A DNA stretch of 64,000 nt from Octopus vulgaris (GCA_951406725.2 OX597817.1:18228001-18292000), one strand, 5' to 3'; numbered from the stretch's first letter, positions 13,003 to 28,297 are shown. The notes: generated by a model from the letters alone, not told the origin. Program-made: numbers and translations.

Positions 13003-13380
13003 TAATAATAATGATAATGAAATTATTGTATACAGTGCTCACGTGCACCATAACTTGTCAAAAGTGCGTATAAAGCATATGCAGTAATGTACAAATGTCT
13101 GAGAAGTGAACAGTGTATGAGTCAGATACATGCTTGCGTATGTATGGAGGGGAGAAAATCAGGTGTAGTGTTGGCGAATCTCAGGAAGCATGGAAGTTTT
13201 GAAGGATGTAGTGCTCCGACAACTAACAACTGATGCCGGTAGTTTGTTCCATACTTCAGCAATTCTTAGCGTGAAAAAATGTTTCCGAAAGTCATGGGAG
13301 CTGTGCTGTTTTCTGACTTTGTAAACATGTCCACGGGTGTTAGACAGGTGGAGTTTGAAAAGGTGCTCAGAGTTATTGTT
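13003..13380 (-). mobile_element. 3' end of a CR1/L2-group LINE
   Basis: SNTRGHVYKVRKQHSSHDFRKHFFTLRIAEVWNKLPASVV..FK (TRGH..FF..R....WN.LP motif), then a 3' UTR and (TTA)-type tail. Confidence 0.85.
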
Positions 13381-14006
13381 AGTTATTATATTTCTTCTCC
13401 GAAGATATACAATAACTAACGCATGTATGTATATCTTCTCCGAAGATATACATACATACGTGCATATATTTTCTTGGAGTGGGCTGGTATTCATGAAATC
13501 AATTTTTACATAGAATTTTTCAAAGTTCTTCCTACTTTGCGATTATTGAAATTGAATAAAATTTTTCCAAAATTAACCGTTAATCACTCTACCAAATTTA
13601 TTTTAAAAAAATGTCTGTTTAAGAGTAAGACACGTGCAAGCGACAGAAGAGTAGACTAAACGAAACTTAATATTGCAGTCAACTGCCTGCAAAATTAAAA
13701 TTATTTGTTGCATATACGATAATCGATAGTTGTAGGATAGGTATTCGTCTATCTGTCTGTTAAATTGTGTATTTGTCTTCAAATTGTACAGTTTTCAGAA
13801 AATTGAATGTTTTATATTTAATAAATATTCCAGTCATATTTATTTATATGCATATTCATCTGTTTATCGATTCATTTATCGATTTATATAGCTTGATCTC
13901 TGTCTGTCTGTCTGTCTGTCCTCAGTCTGTTTATCTATCTGCATTATATACTTCATCAATATATTCATCTAACCAGCTAACCCTGACCATTTCTCTCTCT
14001 CCCTAC

Positions 14007-14568
14007 GCCGGGCGAAATGCTGAGCGGTATTTCGTCTGCCGCTACGTTCTGAGTTCAAATTCCGCTGAGGTCGACTTTGCATTTCATCCTTTCGGGGTCG
14101 ATTAAATAAGTACCAGTTACGCATTGGGGTCGATATAATCGACTTAATCCGTTTGTCTGTCCTTGTTTGTCCTCTCTGTGTTTAGCCCCTTGTGGGTAGT
14201 AAAGAAACAGGTATTTCGTCTGCTGTTACGTTCTGAGTTCAAATTCTGCCGAGGTCGACTTTGCCTGTCATCCTTTCGGGGTCGATTAGATAAGTATCAG
14301 TTATGCACTGGGGTCGATATAATCGACTTAATCCGTCTGTCTGTCCTTATTTGTCTCCTCTGTGTTTTGCCCCTTGTGGGTAGTAAAGAAACAGGTATTT
14401 CATCTGTCTTTACGTTCTGAGTTCAAATTCTGCCGAGGTCAACATTGCCTTTCATCCTTTCGGGGTCGATTAGATAAGTACGAGTTATGCACTGGAGTCG
14501 ATGTAATCGGCTTAATCCCTTTATCTGTCCTTGTCCTCTCTATGTTTAGCCCCCTGTATGCAATAAAG

Positions 14569-14570
<2 letters not shown>
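14007..14570 (+). mobile_element. SINE family B head-to-tail trimer
   Basis: Three ~185-bp units, each ggtatttc..gttctgagttcaaatt..gaggtcgac..tcatcctttcggggtcgatta..taaagaaa. Confidence 0.85.
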
Positions 14571-14615
<45 letters not shown>

Positions 14616-14888
14616 GTGAATTCATCTATTCTTCCATCCATCTCCCTCCTCGCCCGTCACTCCCTTCGTCCATCCGTCTGTCCGATTTCATCGTAACAAA
14701 CCATTTACAGTAAACAGCAATTAACAAATGGAATTATTTACAATAAACATACACACACACACACACACACACATTCACATTCCTTCTCTCTCTCTATCAT
14801 ACACACAATACAATTTCTTATATTATGCTAGATTCTCTCATTTTGAAAGGCACTTTTCTCTCCATTGTCCACCACAAACTCACAGTAA

Positions 14889-14931
<43 letters not shown>

Positions 14932-16084
14932 TCATACTCAAGAACAGTAACTTTTCATTGTCCACCACAAACTCACAGGTAACTCACACACACACACACA
15001 CACACACACATAAACTTGAGTACAAACGTTATTCCTATTTCTACTTTCAATCATATAAGTTAGGAAGTTACCGCCATTTTTTTTTTATATCTCTCTGGTT
15101 TTTAATTCATCCACCAACCAACACATATATGTAGACACACGTATATACAAACATGCATAAACATATATCACATAAACATAGTGACTATTTTGTACTCAGT
15201 AATATCATTTAGGAAAGCATATCGATTCTTCTTTCTTTTTTCTCTTCATTTCTGATGTTTGCATTTTTTTATCGTTTGCTTTTGCTTAATTAATACCATT
15301 TCTAACCTAGGTTTCAACAAGAAGGTAATATTTGGCATTAACAAGCTATGTCTGCTACATAGTAAACTGTTATTATTGTTGCATCAATTGAGATCTTAAA
15401 TTTAATGTAGGTAAATCATATATATTGGGAGTAACAAGCTGACATAGTTTTTCCTTTAACGAACCAAAATGTAGCTATGCCAGTTTGATTCTTTTCTTTC
15501 TTTTTAGCAAACAAAACAACAATAGAGAAAAACAAATATATAATAAAACAAATATACAAAAACTGGCCGGACTATTTTCCTATTTAGTCTTTCATTATCG
15601 ATTTCATAATTTTGATCGGAATGTGGCAAGCCACAATTTTCGGCTTGTATTTATTTTAGCTGCATCTTTCAATTCCTTCTGTCTTGAATTCTGTTTGTCC
15701 TGAAGTTATTTTTTAGTGAAAATTTCTGATAAGAACCTTGAACTATCAAAAACTTTAGAGAACAAAGAAACATGTTTTACCATAATTTATTTCGTCTCTG
15801 TAGTGAATTTAATACGCGTCGGGGATCGATTTTATTCTTCGGTGTTGGTAAAATAAGCATCGTTGATAAATTGTATTCAAATCAATTGGTTATAATTTTA
15901 CAATTATAAATGATGCAACCCGAGGTGCTTTCTTCATATTTTGCATAAAACTGCTTTTTTTTCCTCTACGGGATCTAATCCATTGTTAAAAAAGGAATAA
16001 AGTATAACAAGTTATATTCTAGAATATGATGCTCAGTATTCGGTAATCCAACATTGACTATAATAATAATAATACTACTACTAA

Positions 16085-16270
16085 AATGGTTTCGGGGGAA
16101 GGGATAAGTCGATTTACTTGACCTCAGTGTTCAGCTGGTACTTATTTTATCTACCAAGAAAGGATGAAGTTGATCTCGGTGGTATTTGAACTCAGAGCAT
16201 AAAGAGTCGGAAGAAGTGCCGCTAAGCAATTTGTCCGACACGCTGATGATTCTGCTAGTTCGCCGCCTTA
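16085..16270 (-). mobile_element. SINE family B (diverged)
   Basis: ctggtacttattttatc...gaactcaga...gattctgctagttcgccgcctt. Confidence 0.7.
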
Positions 16271-16380
16271 ATACTAACAACAACAACAACAACAGCAACA
16301 ACATACCAACACTGTCAGCTCGTCGCCTTAATAACAACAACAACAACAACACAACAGCAACAACAATAATAATAACAAAA

Positions 16381-16674
16381 GAGGCTGATTCCTACCTAGT
16401 TCTGATACTAGGAAACTCCAAAATGGCAGAAATTTAAAATTCATGGTAACCGCCCATCTCCTACGTAAAATGCTGTCTATGTAATCTCAAATTTTAAAAC
16501 AAACTCATAATTTTCTTATGTTTTCTTAAACATTCTCTAGAACAATACTATGTGCAAAACCAAATATATGACACCCTAGGCATAACACCAACATGAACTG
16601 CTAACTTGTTGTCTCTTGAGGTCTCTGGGCGAGACTTGGAGCCAATTTGTACAAATACAAAACAAAAGTCAAAC

Positions 16675-16737
<63 letters not shown>

Positions 16738-16873
16738 GGCACTGCACACATCCTACGCAGAACACTTTCCATACAATAACCATCAGAGCATCACAACAAA
16801 TCACAGCACATACCCAAGGCACACAGAGCTGCGCTCGGTAGTGAAGTGAAAGCACGCTATAAAAATAAAACTA

Positions 16874-16878
<5 letters not shown>
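16381..16878 (+). mobile_element. Two short 3' ends of R4/Dong-like LINEs separated by (TAA)n
   Basis: TAHLLRKMLSM* plus UTR (16381-16677, shared with 20380-20656 and 63800-64000); (TAA)n; GTAHILRRTLSIQ* plus UTR (16737-16878, shared with 23341 and 24586 on the minus strand). Confidence 0.75.
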
Positions 16879-16905
<27 letters not shown>

Positions 16906-16929
16906 CCATAATAATAATGATCATAATAC

Positions 16930-17778
16930 TAATAGAAAACACAAAAATTGAACTAGCAAAACTAGGAAGGAATCCAATATGAATGGAGGACTTCACCCAA
17001 GGAGAGGAGTAGCAAGATTATACTTACATAGAAAGGAAGGCGGAAGAGGGTTAATATCAGTAAAAGACTGCGTGGATTTAGCTAGAGTAGATATAGACTC
17101 CTACGTAGGTAATAGTGAAGAAAGTTTATTAAAAGCTGCTAGATTCACAGCAAGACGTAGGGAAACCAAAAACCCAAACGAAGTTAAAAATCCGAGAAAA
17201 GAACAGAAATTATCTGACTGGCTGGAGAAGGCGTTGCATGGTAGATTCCCAAAGATAGTTGCAGAAATAGCAGTAGTGAGACACGGTTATGGTTACAGAA
17301 AGGAAAGCTGAAAAGGAGACAGCGAGTTTGTTAGTAGCTGCACAGGATCAAACATTAAGGACTAATTGGATAAAAACATTCAGACTGACAGAATAATAGA
17401 AGCTAGAAGGCTTGATTTTGTAGTAGTAGATAAAGAGAATAGAAAGTGCCAGATAATTGACTTTATAGTCCCAAATAATGAAAAATTCAATATGAGAGTT
17501 ATAGAAAAAATAGCAAGGTACCAGGATCTAGCCTTTGAATTACAGAGGCTATGGAAAGTGCAGGTAAAATGTATCCCAGTTGTTATGTCCCTAAAGATTT
17601 AAACAAATGGATAGAGGAAATAGGTATAAAAGCCAGTTTAGTACAGCTCCAGAAAACAGTGTTATTAGGGGTAACTAGGATACTTAAGAGGGTTCTTGGC
17701 ATCTAAGGTTACTTGTTACAGCCCGATGTTAGGATTTTTTTCTTTTCCAACAGTTTAATCTGTTGTGTGTATATGAAA
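16930..17778 (+). mobile_element. R4/Dong-like LINE 3' fragment (internally deleted)
   Basis: LHPRRGVARLYLHRKEGGRGL; LHGRF; DKNIQTDRIIEARRLDFVVVDK..IIDF..KIARYQDL; LQKTVLLGVTRILKRVLGI*; (AAT) tail. Confidence 0.85.
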
Positions 17779-18343
17779 ATAATAATGATCATAATAATGA
17801 ACAATAATAACAACAACACCAACAACAACGAATTCTGACTAAGGCACAAGGCCAGCACTTTTGTGGGGAGGTACTTGACTGTGTTTTCACCCTACTATTC
17901 CTTAGAAACTACCAGTAAGAAAACACAAACAACTAAATCAACTTTAGCATTCTGCTACAACTCTTCTTTTGCTTCGATTTAAAAGGAATCGATATCATTA
18001 ATCTTTGATAAGTGACATGTTTTAATACGTTGACATAAATTACAGAGGAAAAAATTTATACGAACCATAAATTTTTTACACTTTTCTCTAAGATGGAGGA
18101 AGTCAGAAGTTAAAAATATAAATAATAATTCTTCTTAATTTTGGCACAAGTCTAGTCGTTTTGAGGGGAGGGTGTAAGTCGATTACGTCGACGCTCGTAT
18201 TTAACTGGTGTTTTATTTTATCGACCCCCAAAAAGATGAAAGACATAGTCGTCGACACTGGGGATCAGCTCGGCGTAATGAGCCGGAAGAAATGCTGCCA
18301 AGTATTTTATCTGACGCGCTAATTATTCTACCAACACCACCTT

Positions 18344-18367
18344 ACTACTACTACTACTACCACCACC

Positions 18368-18423
<56 letters not shown>

Positions 18424-18437
18424 CACCACCACCACCG

Positions 18438-18501
<64 letters not shown>

Positions 18502-18514
18502 CACCACGACCTCG

Positions 18515-18554
<40 letters not shown>

Positions 18555-18583
18555 ATGCTACCACTGCTATTTCTGCTGCTGCA

Positions 18584-18615
<32 letters not shown>

Positions 18616-18634
18616 CACCACCACCACCACCACC

Positions 18635-18682
<48 letters not shown>

Positions 18683-18692
18683 GCTACTGCTG

Positions 18693-18724
<32 letters not shown>

Positions 18725-18728
18725 GCTA
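18344..18728. repeat. Compound (TAC)n/(CAC)n trinucleotide tract
   Basis: Direct reading. Confidence 0.95.
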
Positions 18729-18774
18729 GCACTATATATGATGTGAAAGCTTCTAACTGGGATAGAGGGAAATA

Positions 18775-20656
18775 CATTGTTGTTCAACCATCTTGAAAGA
18801 AATGAACTGCAAACGGATGAACAGAACGGCTGCAGGAATGGATTTGCCGAAGAAGGTTGACGAAGCTTATTAATGGCTTAGATTGACTATAATAAGGCAT
18901 ATGATATAGTTCTTCATTCGTGGATTCTGAAATATCTGGAGATACTCGGGACAGCTAGAAATATGATTTAATTATCCAAAAACAGTATGAGAAACTGGAA
19001 GACAGTTCTGACTGTCCGTGGAAAGGAAATTGGATAAGTCAACATCAGGAGGGGAATCTTTCAAGGAGATTATGTGTCTCTCTCACTGCTTCTTGTTTGC
19101 ATGTTATCATTCTCTATTGTTCTGAGAAAAATGGGAGCTGAGTACAAACTGTGGAAAAACATAAGACCAATCAATCACCCGCTGTTTATGAAGCTTTTCG
19201 GAGCAAGACATCCAAATGGCATTTGGCATAGAGAAATGAGCTGTTATTGAACAGAAGAGAGGGCGAAAAGTAGACAGCAGTGGAGTACAACTTCTAGATG
19301 ACGAGCAGATAAGAGAAGTGAACGGAGAAGGTTACACGTTTCTTGGTGTTTTACTATTAGTCCAGACGATGACCACCAAGATGGAGCAAGTTTCATCTGA
19401 ATATACCAGAAGAGTTCAAAAGCTGTGTAAATCTAAGCTGAATGGAGGGAACCTGCTTAGAGGCATCACTGCGTAGGCTGCATGTGATACGTTACTGCGC
19501 AGAAGTTGTGAAATTTGACAACGGAAGAACTAGTCAACATGTATAGAAGGAAGGTGATTGCTATGTATAGCTTCTTTCTTACTGGAAGTAACATAGCAAG
19601 GCTTTACTTACCTAGGAAGGAAGGCGGAAGAGGACCGGTTGGAATACAGGATAGTGCTGTGAAGGAGATCAAGTCCTTGCATGTCTCTCTGAGGAATAGT
19701 GATGAAAGAATGTTTCAGGATGCACTGAGTGAAAAGGTGATCAGTGACAAAGGTGAGACTCTCCATGAGTACAGTATGAGGCCTAATAGAGGAAAGATCA
19801 TCAGCTGGAAGGAAGTCCTACACGGAGAGTTTTTCCAACAAACATCGGATAAAATTGATAAAGAATCCCGAAGATGGTTCAGATATGGCTTTTTAAAGAA
19901 GTGGGCAGAAGGACTGATTCTTGCTGTTCAAGAAAAATCTTTACGAGCAAACTAAGTCAAGTGTAGAATTGATAAGACAACAGTATCACCTTTGTGTAGA
20001 CTCTGTGAAATATCCTCTGAGACAGAAATATAATTAGTGAACGCTCAAACTGGTCCAAAAGGAGTACAAAGACTCTATGACAAAATGGCAGTGCGAGTGC
20101 ACTGGGAGTAGTGCAGGAATACAGCAGATATTATAGTAAAAAGTCATGCTCACAAAACAGGTTTGCTCATAGATATGTCAATCCCAGCAGACTGCAACAC
20201 TTCTGAAGAAAACATTTGAATACTAGTAAATATAAGGTACTTGAAATAGAGGTCTCAAAACTAGCTTCTAAGGACAAAAACTGTATCTGTAATCACTGGG
20301 AACTTTGTGGGCAATGTCAAATGGTGCTCTTAAACTCTATGACCGAATGTCAGGATGCCCAACAGTATCAGAATTACAAAAAAATTGCTCTCATGCGCAC
20401 ATCCTAAGAAAAACGCAGTCAGCTGGAAAATACTCAATTTAAAAAAAAAAACTCTTTCAAAATTGAAGTATTCCAAATTTGAACAAAATTTTAGTTCTTA
20501 GATTCTGGTTTCCTTCCCCTACAATGTATCACTGCTAGCCATAAATGACACCCGTAGTAAAACGTCCAATTTGCTGTTATTTGAGTTCTTTGGGTGAGAC
20601 TTGGAACAGCGCGTATAAAACAAAGCAACAACAATGTACATAAACACACAAACAAA
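18775..20656 (+). mobile_element. Decayed R4/Dong-like LINE ORF (RT to endonuclease) plus 3' UTR
   Basis: IDYNKAYDIVLHSWI, RRGIFQGD, INHPLFM, YTFLGV, RLYLPRKEGGRG, LHGEF, EGLILAVQEKSLRAN, CRLC; many stops and frameshifts. Confidence 0.85.
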
Positions 20657-21592
20657 TAATAATGATAATAATAATAATAATAATGATGAGAAGTGCGTCA
20701 TATGACGTCACATTAAAATGCATTCTGTGACAAAAATATTTGGACATAAATGGTTGAAAGTCGTCTGCAAGCTTTCTAATCGCTTCTTTGGTGCCTCACT
20801 GCGAGTTAAATATCTTAGCTACGGGCGACAGAGCAGCTCTCAAGCTAATGTGAGAGAATTTTGCTTCATATAAGTTTTAGTAGTCTGATTGTTGTTGTTC
20901 TTGTCGATCTTCATCAAAGAACGAATTAGTAAGCTCCACTGCCAGTTCCTCGGAAGTGTCCTGCACTCATGAACGTCTCCCAACAAGATCAGTGGTCATC
21001 AATTGTATACACTGATTATAAGGCAAACACCAAAATTTCATTGAATTTCTATCCTGATTCTAAATTCTTAGCATACCATTCATACATTAGTTAGGATGAA
21101 TGGAATTTTATAGTTCTATTTGGCATGACATTCATTCTACTTCAGTGGAAATCCGGGAATATTTTAATCTAGTTACTTTTATTCGTTTTCTTTGATCTAT
21201 TGCGTTATATTGCAAACCAGTTATTCATATTTGAAAAATTCTAACATCACAGGATATGAAGACGAAGTAATCTATGAGACTCTAAATCATCAAATAATTT
21301 CAGGAGAAAGCGAGCACAGGAAGAGATGAGAGGTAAGTTACTCCAGAACTAAACGGTGTTCCGGTTTCGATTCTCAAACGAAGAGCATTTTTTCTTTACT
21401 GAGATCAATGGCATCATTCAAAAAGATATACCTGTCACAACATTCCATCTACCATTCCTTAAAGAAAACATCTCTATTGTCCTTACGAACAGTCATTATA
21501 GCCATATAATGAGCAAGAACCAAAACATGTTTTGCAGACACTCCACTATAATGACTGTCCTCATATAAGAGTCATTAAATATGGAAAATAAG

Positions 21593-21661
<69 letters not shown>

Positions 21662-21684
21662 CAACATCATTATTGTTGTTATTG

Positions 21685-22150
21685 TTAGCGCACCGAACAA
21701 AAGCTTTCGCGGTATTTCGCCCGTCTACCTTTTGAGTTCAAATTCCACCAAGGTCGGCTTTGCCTTTTATCCTGTCAGGGTCGACGGCTTAAGTACCTTT
21801 TCAGCACTGGGATCGATGCAATCAACTATCCCTCTCTCCACGACCAAAAATTTAGGCTTTGTGCTTGTTAGTAGAAAGAATTATTATTATTATTAGATTT
21901 TCTTCTTCTTTCTATTTTGTTTCCTTCTTTTGCCGAGTGTCTTCCTGACACATAGGGCGAAGAAACTCGCTGTATGCATTGATAGGTATTTCGGACATCT
22001 TTACGTTCCGAGTTCAAATTCCGCCAAAGCCGACTTTGCCCTTTATTTTTGGGGGTCGATAAAATAAGTACCAGTTGAGTACTGGGGTCGATGTAATCGA
22101 CTAGCTCCCTCTACCCAAAATTTTTGACCTTGTGCCTATAGTAGAAAGGG
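21685..22150 (+). mobile_element. Two diverged SINE family B copies
   Basis: gagttcaaattcc.ccaa..cgactttgcc..ggggtcga..aagtacc at ~21735 and ~22010, with ATT/GTT tails. Confidence 0.75.
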
Positions 22151-22247
22151 TTGTTGTTGTTGTTGTTGTTGTTGTTCTTCTTCTTCTTCTTCTTCTTCTT
22201 CTTCTTCTTCTTCTTCTTCTTCTTCTTCTTCTTCCCCTTCTTCTTCT

Positions 22248-22615
22248 TGAGTGAGAGAGAAATGCATGCTCACCACGCTCAAAAGGTCCACGAATAAAGG
22301 GTTGTTTGAGGATGTTGAACGAAACACCCATGTTTCCAAAGGTGAATTATCTAAACCACAAATAATTCCTCTTAACAACTTCTGCTTGTGATCAACGATG
22401 CACATATCGTCAGTCACCAAGGGACGTGCTCAACTGATTAAGGTCAAACTACTGACAAGCAAATCTGTGGTATTGAGCAGAATCTTTGCTGTAGCCCATC
22501 TTTTATACCAAGACAAAACAACGTACATGATAATACTTCCAATCAGTTGAGATAAGAAGCCATGAGTGACACTGCCTGGTACTGCACCACCACCACCACC
22601 ACCACCACCACCACG

Positions 22616-22662
<47 letters not shown>

Positions 22663-23200
22663 TATTAAGTGAGAGAGCAGTGCATGTCATCAAAGTGTCA
22701 CTGGGGTAAAATATACAAAGCCCAGTATACCCATCATGACTACCCGTCTGATAAGGGTACACCAGGCACAACCATATGTGCGCGACATGGTGATCTCATG
22801 TCAAGATAAACAGCGCATGACTTTGCAGGTGGGGTCTAGTTAGAATTTTCTTCAGGTCGAGTAGCCCATCCCGCTCAGAAGATCCCTGAATAATGATTGT
22901 TTAAGGATGTTGAACGAAACACCCATGTATCTGAAGGTGAATTATCCAAACCCAAAGAATTCCTCTCAACACATGGCTATGATGCTCTCCCACTACTTCT
23001 GCTCGTGATCAGAGATGCACGTATCGTCAGCCACTAAGGGACATGCTCAACTGGTTACGGTCAAACTACTGACAAGCAAATCTGTGGTATTGAGCACAAT
23101 ATTTGCTGTAGCCCATCTTTTATACCAAGACAAAACAATGTACATGATAATACTTCTAATCAGTTAAGATCAGAAGCCATGAGAGCCACTGCCTCAGGGC

Positions 23201-23203
<3 letters not shown>
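22248..23203 (-). mobile_element. Two tandem copies (22248-22586 deleted; 22668-23203 fuller) of non-coding repeat D; partial copy at 47575-47745
   Basis: Shared gtgagagag...cgctca.aagg..ggatgttgaacgaaacacccatg...ctgacaagcaaatctgtggtattgagca...actgcct; each copy is bounded by trinucleotide tracts; strand is inferred. Confidence 0.75.
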
Positions 23204-23278
<75 letters not shown>

Positions 23279-23280
23279 CA

Positions 23281-23340
<60 letters not shown>

Positions 23341-23344
<4 letters not shown>

Positions 23345-24018
23345 TAGTCCTACTTTTATCACGTGTTTTAACTGCATTACCGAACGCAGCTCTGTGTGCC
23401 TTTTGTTGTTACTTCTTTTTCTTCATAGTTGACTTCTTTTTTTTTTATTTGTCGGCTTCCTTAAGGGTTGAAAACAGTTTTTTGTTTTGCTCGTGTTTTG
23501 TGGCTATTTGTATAAGGCCTCTACCACCTTCGATACGTTACATATATAATTTTTCTATGGCAGATTCTGGGTGCTGCATCCTAAATTCTGTCATTATTTT
23601 TCTTGTTTTCTTGTCTGTTTTGATTAGTTCATTTGGAGTCCAGTTAAGAATATTATAGCTGTAACCGATAACTGGAGTGTTGATAGCTATTATCTTGTTT
23701 TTCGCATTGAGCTCTGTTTTCAGTATTAATCTAACCCGTCTGTAGAATTTCTTTCACTTGTGTGTTATATCGTATCTAATTCATTGATTCCTAAGTATTT
23801 GAGTCAGGCTTTGGTCTAATTCTCTCATTTCATTTACTTAATCTAGTATAATGTTGCTACTCTTAACTAGTTTTCCTCTTTTAAAGGTTGCTTTGGCACA
23901 GTTTTCTAAGCCAAATTTCATGTTTATTTCTTTGGCAAATCCATATACTGCCAGTAGTAATATTTCCAGCTGTTTATCGTTTGTAGTGTACAGTTTTAGA
24001 TCATCCATATACATGGAC
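23341..24018 (-). mobile_element. R4/Dong-like LINE RT fragment
   Basis: MYMDDLKLY, NMKFGLENCAK, NAKNKIIAIN, EGGRGLIQ on the minus strand; (AAT)n tail. Confidence 0.85.
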
Positions 24019-24019
24019 T

Positions 24020-25235
<1,216 letters not shown>

Positions 25236-25261
25236 TATTATTATTATTATTATTATTATTA

Positions 25262-25329
<68 letters not shown>

Positions 25330-25332
25330 TAG

Positions 25333-25750
25333 AGGGTGAGCTGGCAGAGTCGTTAGCAAGCCGACCAAAATGCCTAGCAGTATTTCGCCCGTCTTTTCGT
25401 TATGAGTTCAAATTCCGCCGTAGGCAGATTTTGCCTTTCATCCTTTCGGGGTTGATAAATTAAGTACCAGTGAAGCATTGGGGTCGATCTAACCGACTTG
25501 GTCCTTCCCCGAGATTGCTGGCCTTGTGCCAATATTCGAAATCATTATTATCATTATAAACCATTTGAGCTGGCAGAATCAGTAGTGCACCGAGGAAATT
25601 GTTAGCGGCATTTCGTCTTGAATTCAAATTCTGTCGAGGTTGACTTTGCCTTTCAGGATCGATAAAATACCTATCAGTTTAACACTGAGGTCGATGTAGT
25701 CGATTCATCCCCTACTCAAAATTTCTTCTCTTGTGGCAAAATTTGAAACC
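25333..25750 (+). mobile_element. Two SINE family B copies with (ATT)n tails
   Basis: gagctggcagag/aatc heads at 25338 and 25567; tails gaaatcattatt and gaaaccattatt. Confidence 0.8.
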
Positions 25751-25972
<222 letters not shown>

Positions 25973-27159
25973 TTGGTTTCGCTCAGGTCCGGTCTTATTC
26001 CTGGTAGGAATTATGTGGATATCGGGTTACTACCTGTAACATTAGTTATCTACAAGTTTTCAGCACTCTTTCAAGTGCTTAGAACCCTCCTGACAATCCT
26101 TGCTAACCCTTATTATTATTGTTATTAAGGCTACGAGCTGGTAGAGTTGTGAAAACATGAGAAAACTGCTTTGCGGTATTTGTTCCGGCATTTAACATTC
26201 TGATTCCAAATTCTACCGAGATAAAATTTGCCTTTTATGCGTATAATTCCCAGTTTTGCGCCAGAATGAAAAAAACATTCTTTTATATTTCTTCTGCTAG
26301 TACGGCTTGTTAGAAACACTTGACAAGCCATCCTTAAACCACATCATACAATCTTAGATAAGGAAGATACACCTTGAATAATAACAGTGCTTCATATTTT
26401 TAAAAAGGCAGGGTACTCACGGCTAGAATTCCTTTCATCAGGTCAGATCTAGGGTTAAAAATCAACAGCATCAAGAAGACAAACATTTTCCTTAGTGCCT
26501 CAGAAACCTACGGGTCTAGAATTTTATTTGAAGACCACAAATCAATATCTTTTACCTTTTATCTTTTGTATAAGAATCATAAACAACTCTGCGAAAGAGT
26601 ATGTCAAAAGCTTACGTCTAAGTATATAGAGCATAATGCTCTGATAGTAATTATTAGCGTGCGCTAAAACCATAAGGTAGGTAGAAGATGGCGATGTTTT
26701 AAACATCAGTTTTGCAGGAAATAAAACAGAACTATTTTTTCATGTATTCTGTGCGGATGTTAGTTCCCGAAATACTAATTTTGTGGTGAAGATTTTTCAG
26801 CTACTGAAATTGTAGAAATTGGACGAACCGCAGGTTTTTCCCAAAACAAGTTCTATCGATCACATTGATTACTCTCTTTTGTGTATAGAATTCAGAACGT
26901 ATAAAAGATTCTTCTTTTATTCCCATTCTGTTTTTAGGGTGATTAAAATAACATTCTTGTAAGCAATGGTATTCGCAAAGGCACTGGCTTCGTTTTCATT
27001 AACCTAACTTCACATATTTTTTTTTCTCTGGACCATTTAGCAAATCTGCCAAACTTATTCCGTTGTCGACCCCACTTCCATACCTTTGGATCAAGTTATA
27101 TCGAAAAATACCGAAATACTGAAAAAGGAAAGGCAAGAAATACAATAAGAGAATATGAG

Positions 27160-27200
<41 letters not shown>

Positions 27201-27339
27201 GAGAGAGAAATATGGAGAGAGAGAAGAGAGAGAAGGAGAAAAAGTATTGGTATCTGAATAAGAGTTAAAGAGAAAGAAAATGGAGAACAATTAATAGAAT
27301 TGGTGTCAGTTTGAGAGTTATGGGGAGAGAAAGGGGTGA

Positions 27340-27370
<31 letters not shown>

Positions 27371-27590
27371 ACATTGGTAATTGTATGAGAGTTAAACAGG
27401 GAGAGAGAAGAATAAACAGTAATCAGTATGAAAATTAAAGAGGGGCGAGAGTATCTATTTGAGGGTTAAAGTGGGAGAAAACGAAAGAGAAAGAGAGAGA
27501 AATAGAAAGCGAGAAAGAGAGAGAGAGAGAGAAAGAGGTAGAGGTAGAGAGAGAGAGAGAGAGAGTGAGTGAAAGAAAGAGCGAGATGAT
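27160..27590. repeat. Purine-rich (GA)n low-complexity region
   Basis: Direct reading. Confidence 0.85.
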
Positions 27591-27719
27591 GAAAATAAAG
27601 AAATCAATAGTAACCTGTTAAAAGTTGTAACAGAAAAATACTTTAATGATTCCAAACAAGAACAAGACTGAACAGAACTAGAACATTAATGGCGGAGTAT
27701 CCAAAAGATAACGTTAACA

Positions 27720-27768
27720 TTCACACATACACATATATATGTGCGCATGTATATATATATATATATAG

Positions 27769-27833
<65 letters not shown>

Positions 27834-28014
27834 TATATATATGTACATATATATGTACATATATATATATATATATTATATATATATATATATGTATGTA
27901 TATATGCATATATGTATGTATATATGTATATATATATATATAAACGTGTGTGTGTGTGTATGTGTGCCTCTATATGTATTTATGATACAAGCGAATATTT
28001 ATACGATTATTTAT

Positions 28015-28066
<52 letters not shown>

Positions 28067-28261
28067 ATTTATAAATATATATATATATATGTACAAATAT
28101 GTGTGTGAGTGTATACACAGACACACAGAGGGACACACAAGCACACACACACAAGCACGTATATAATTGTATGTGTATATGTATACATATACAAGTATAT
28201 GCTTGTATATAAATATAAGCAGTCATGCACACATATTATTCATGTATATGTATATGCATAT

Positions 28262-28297
<36 letters not shown>

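Noticed and set aside
18208-18787. Gly/Ser-rich, poly-Val and poly-Tyr/His ORFs
   Set aside because: Compound (TAC)n/(CAC)n microsatellite
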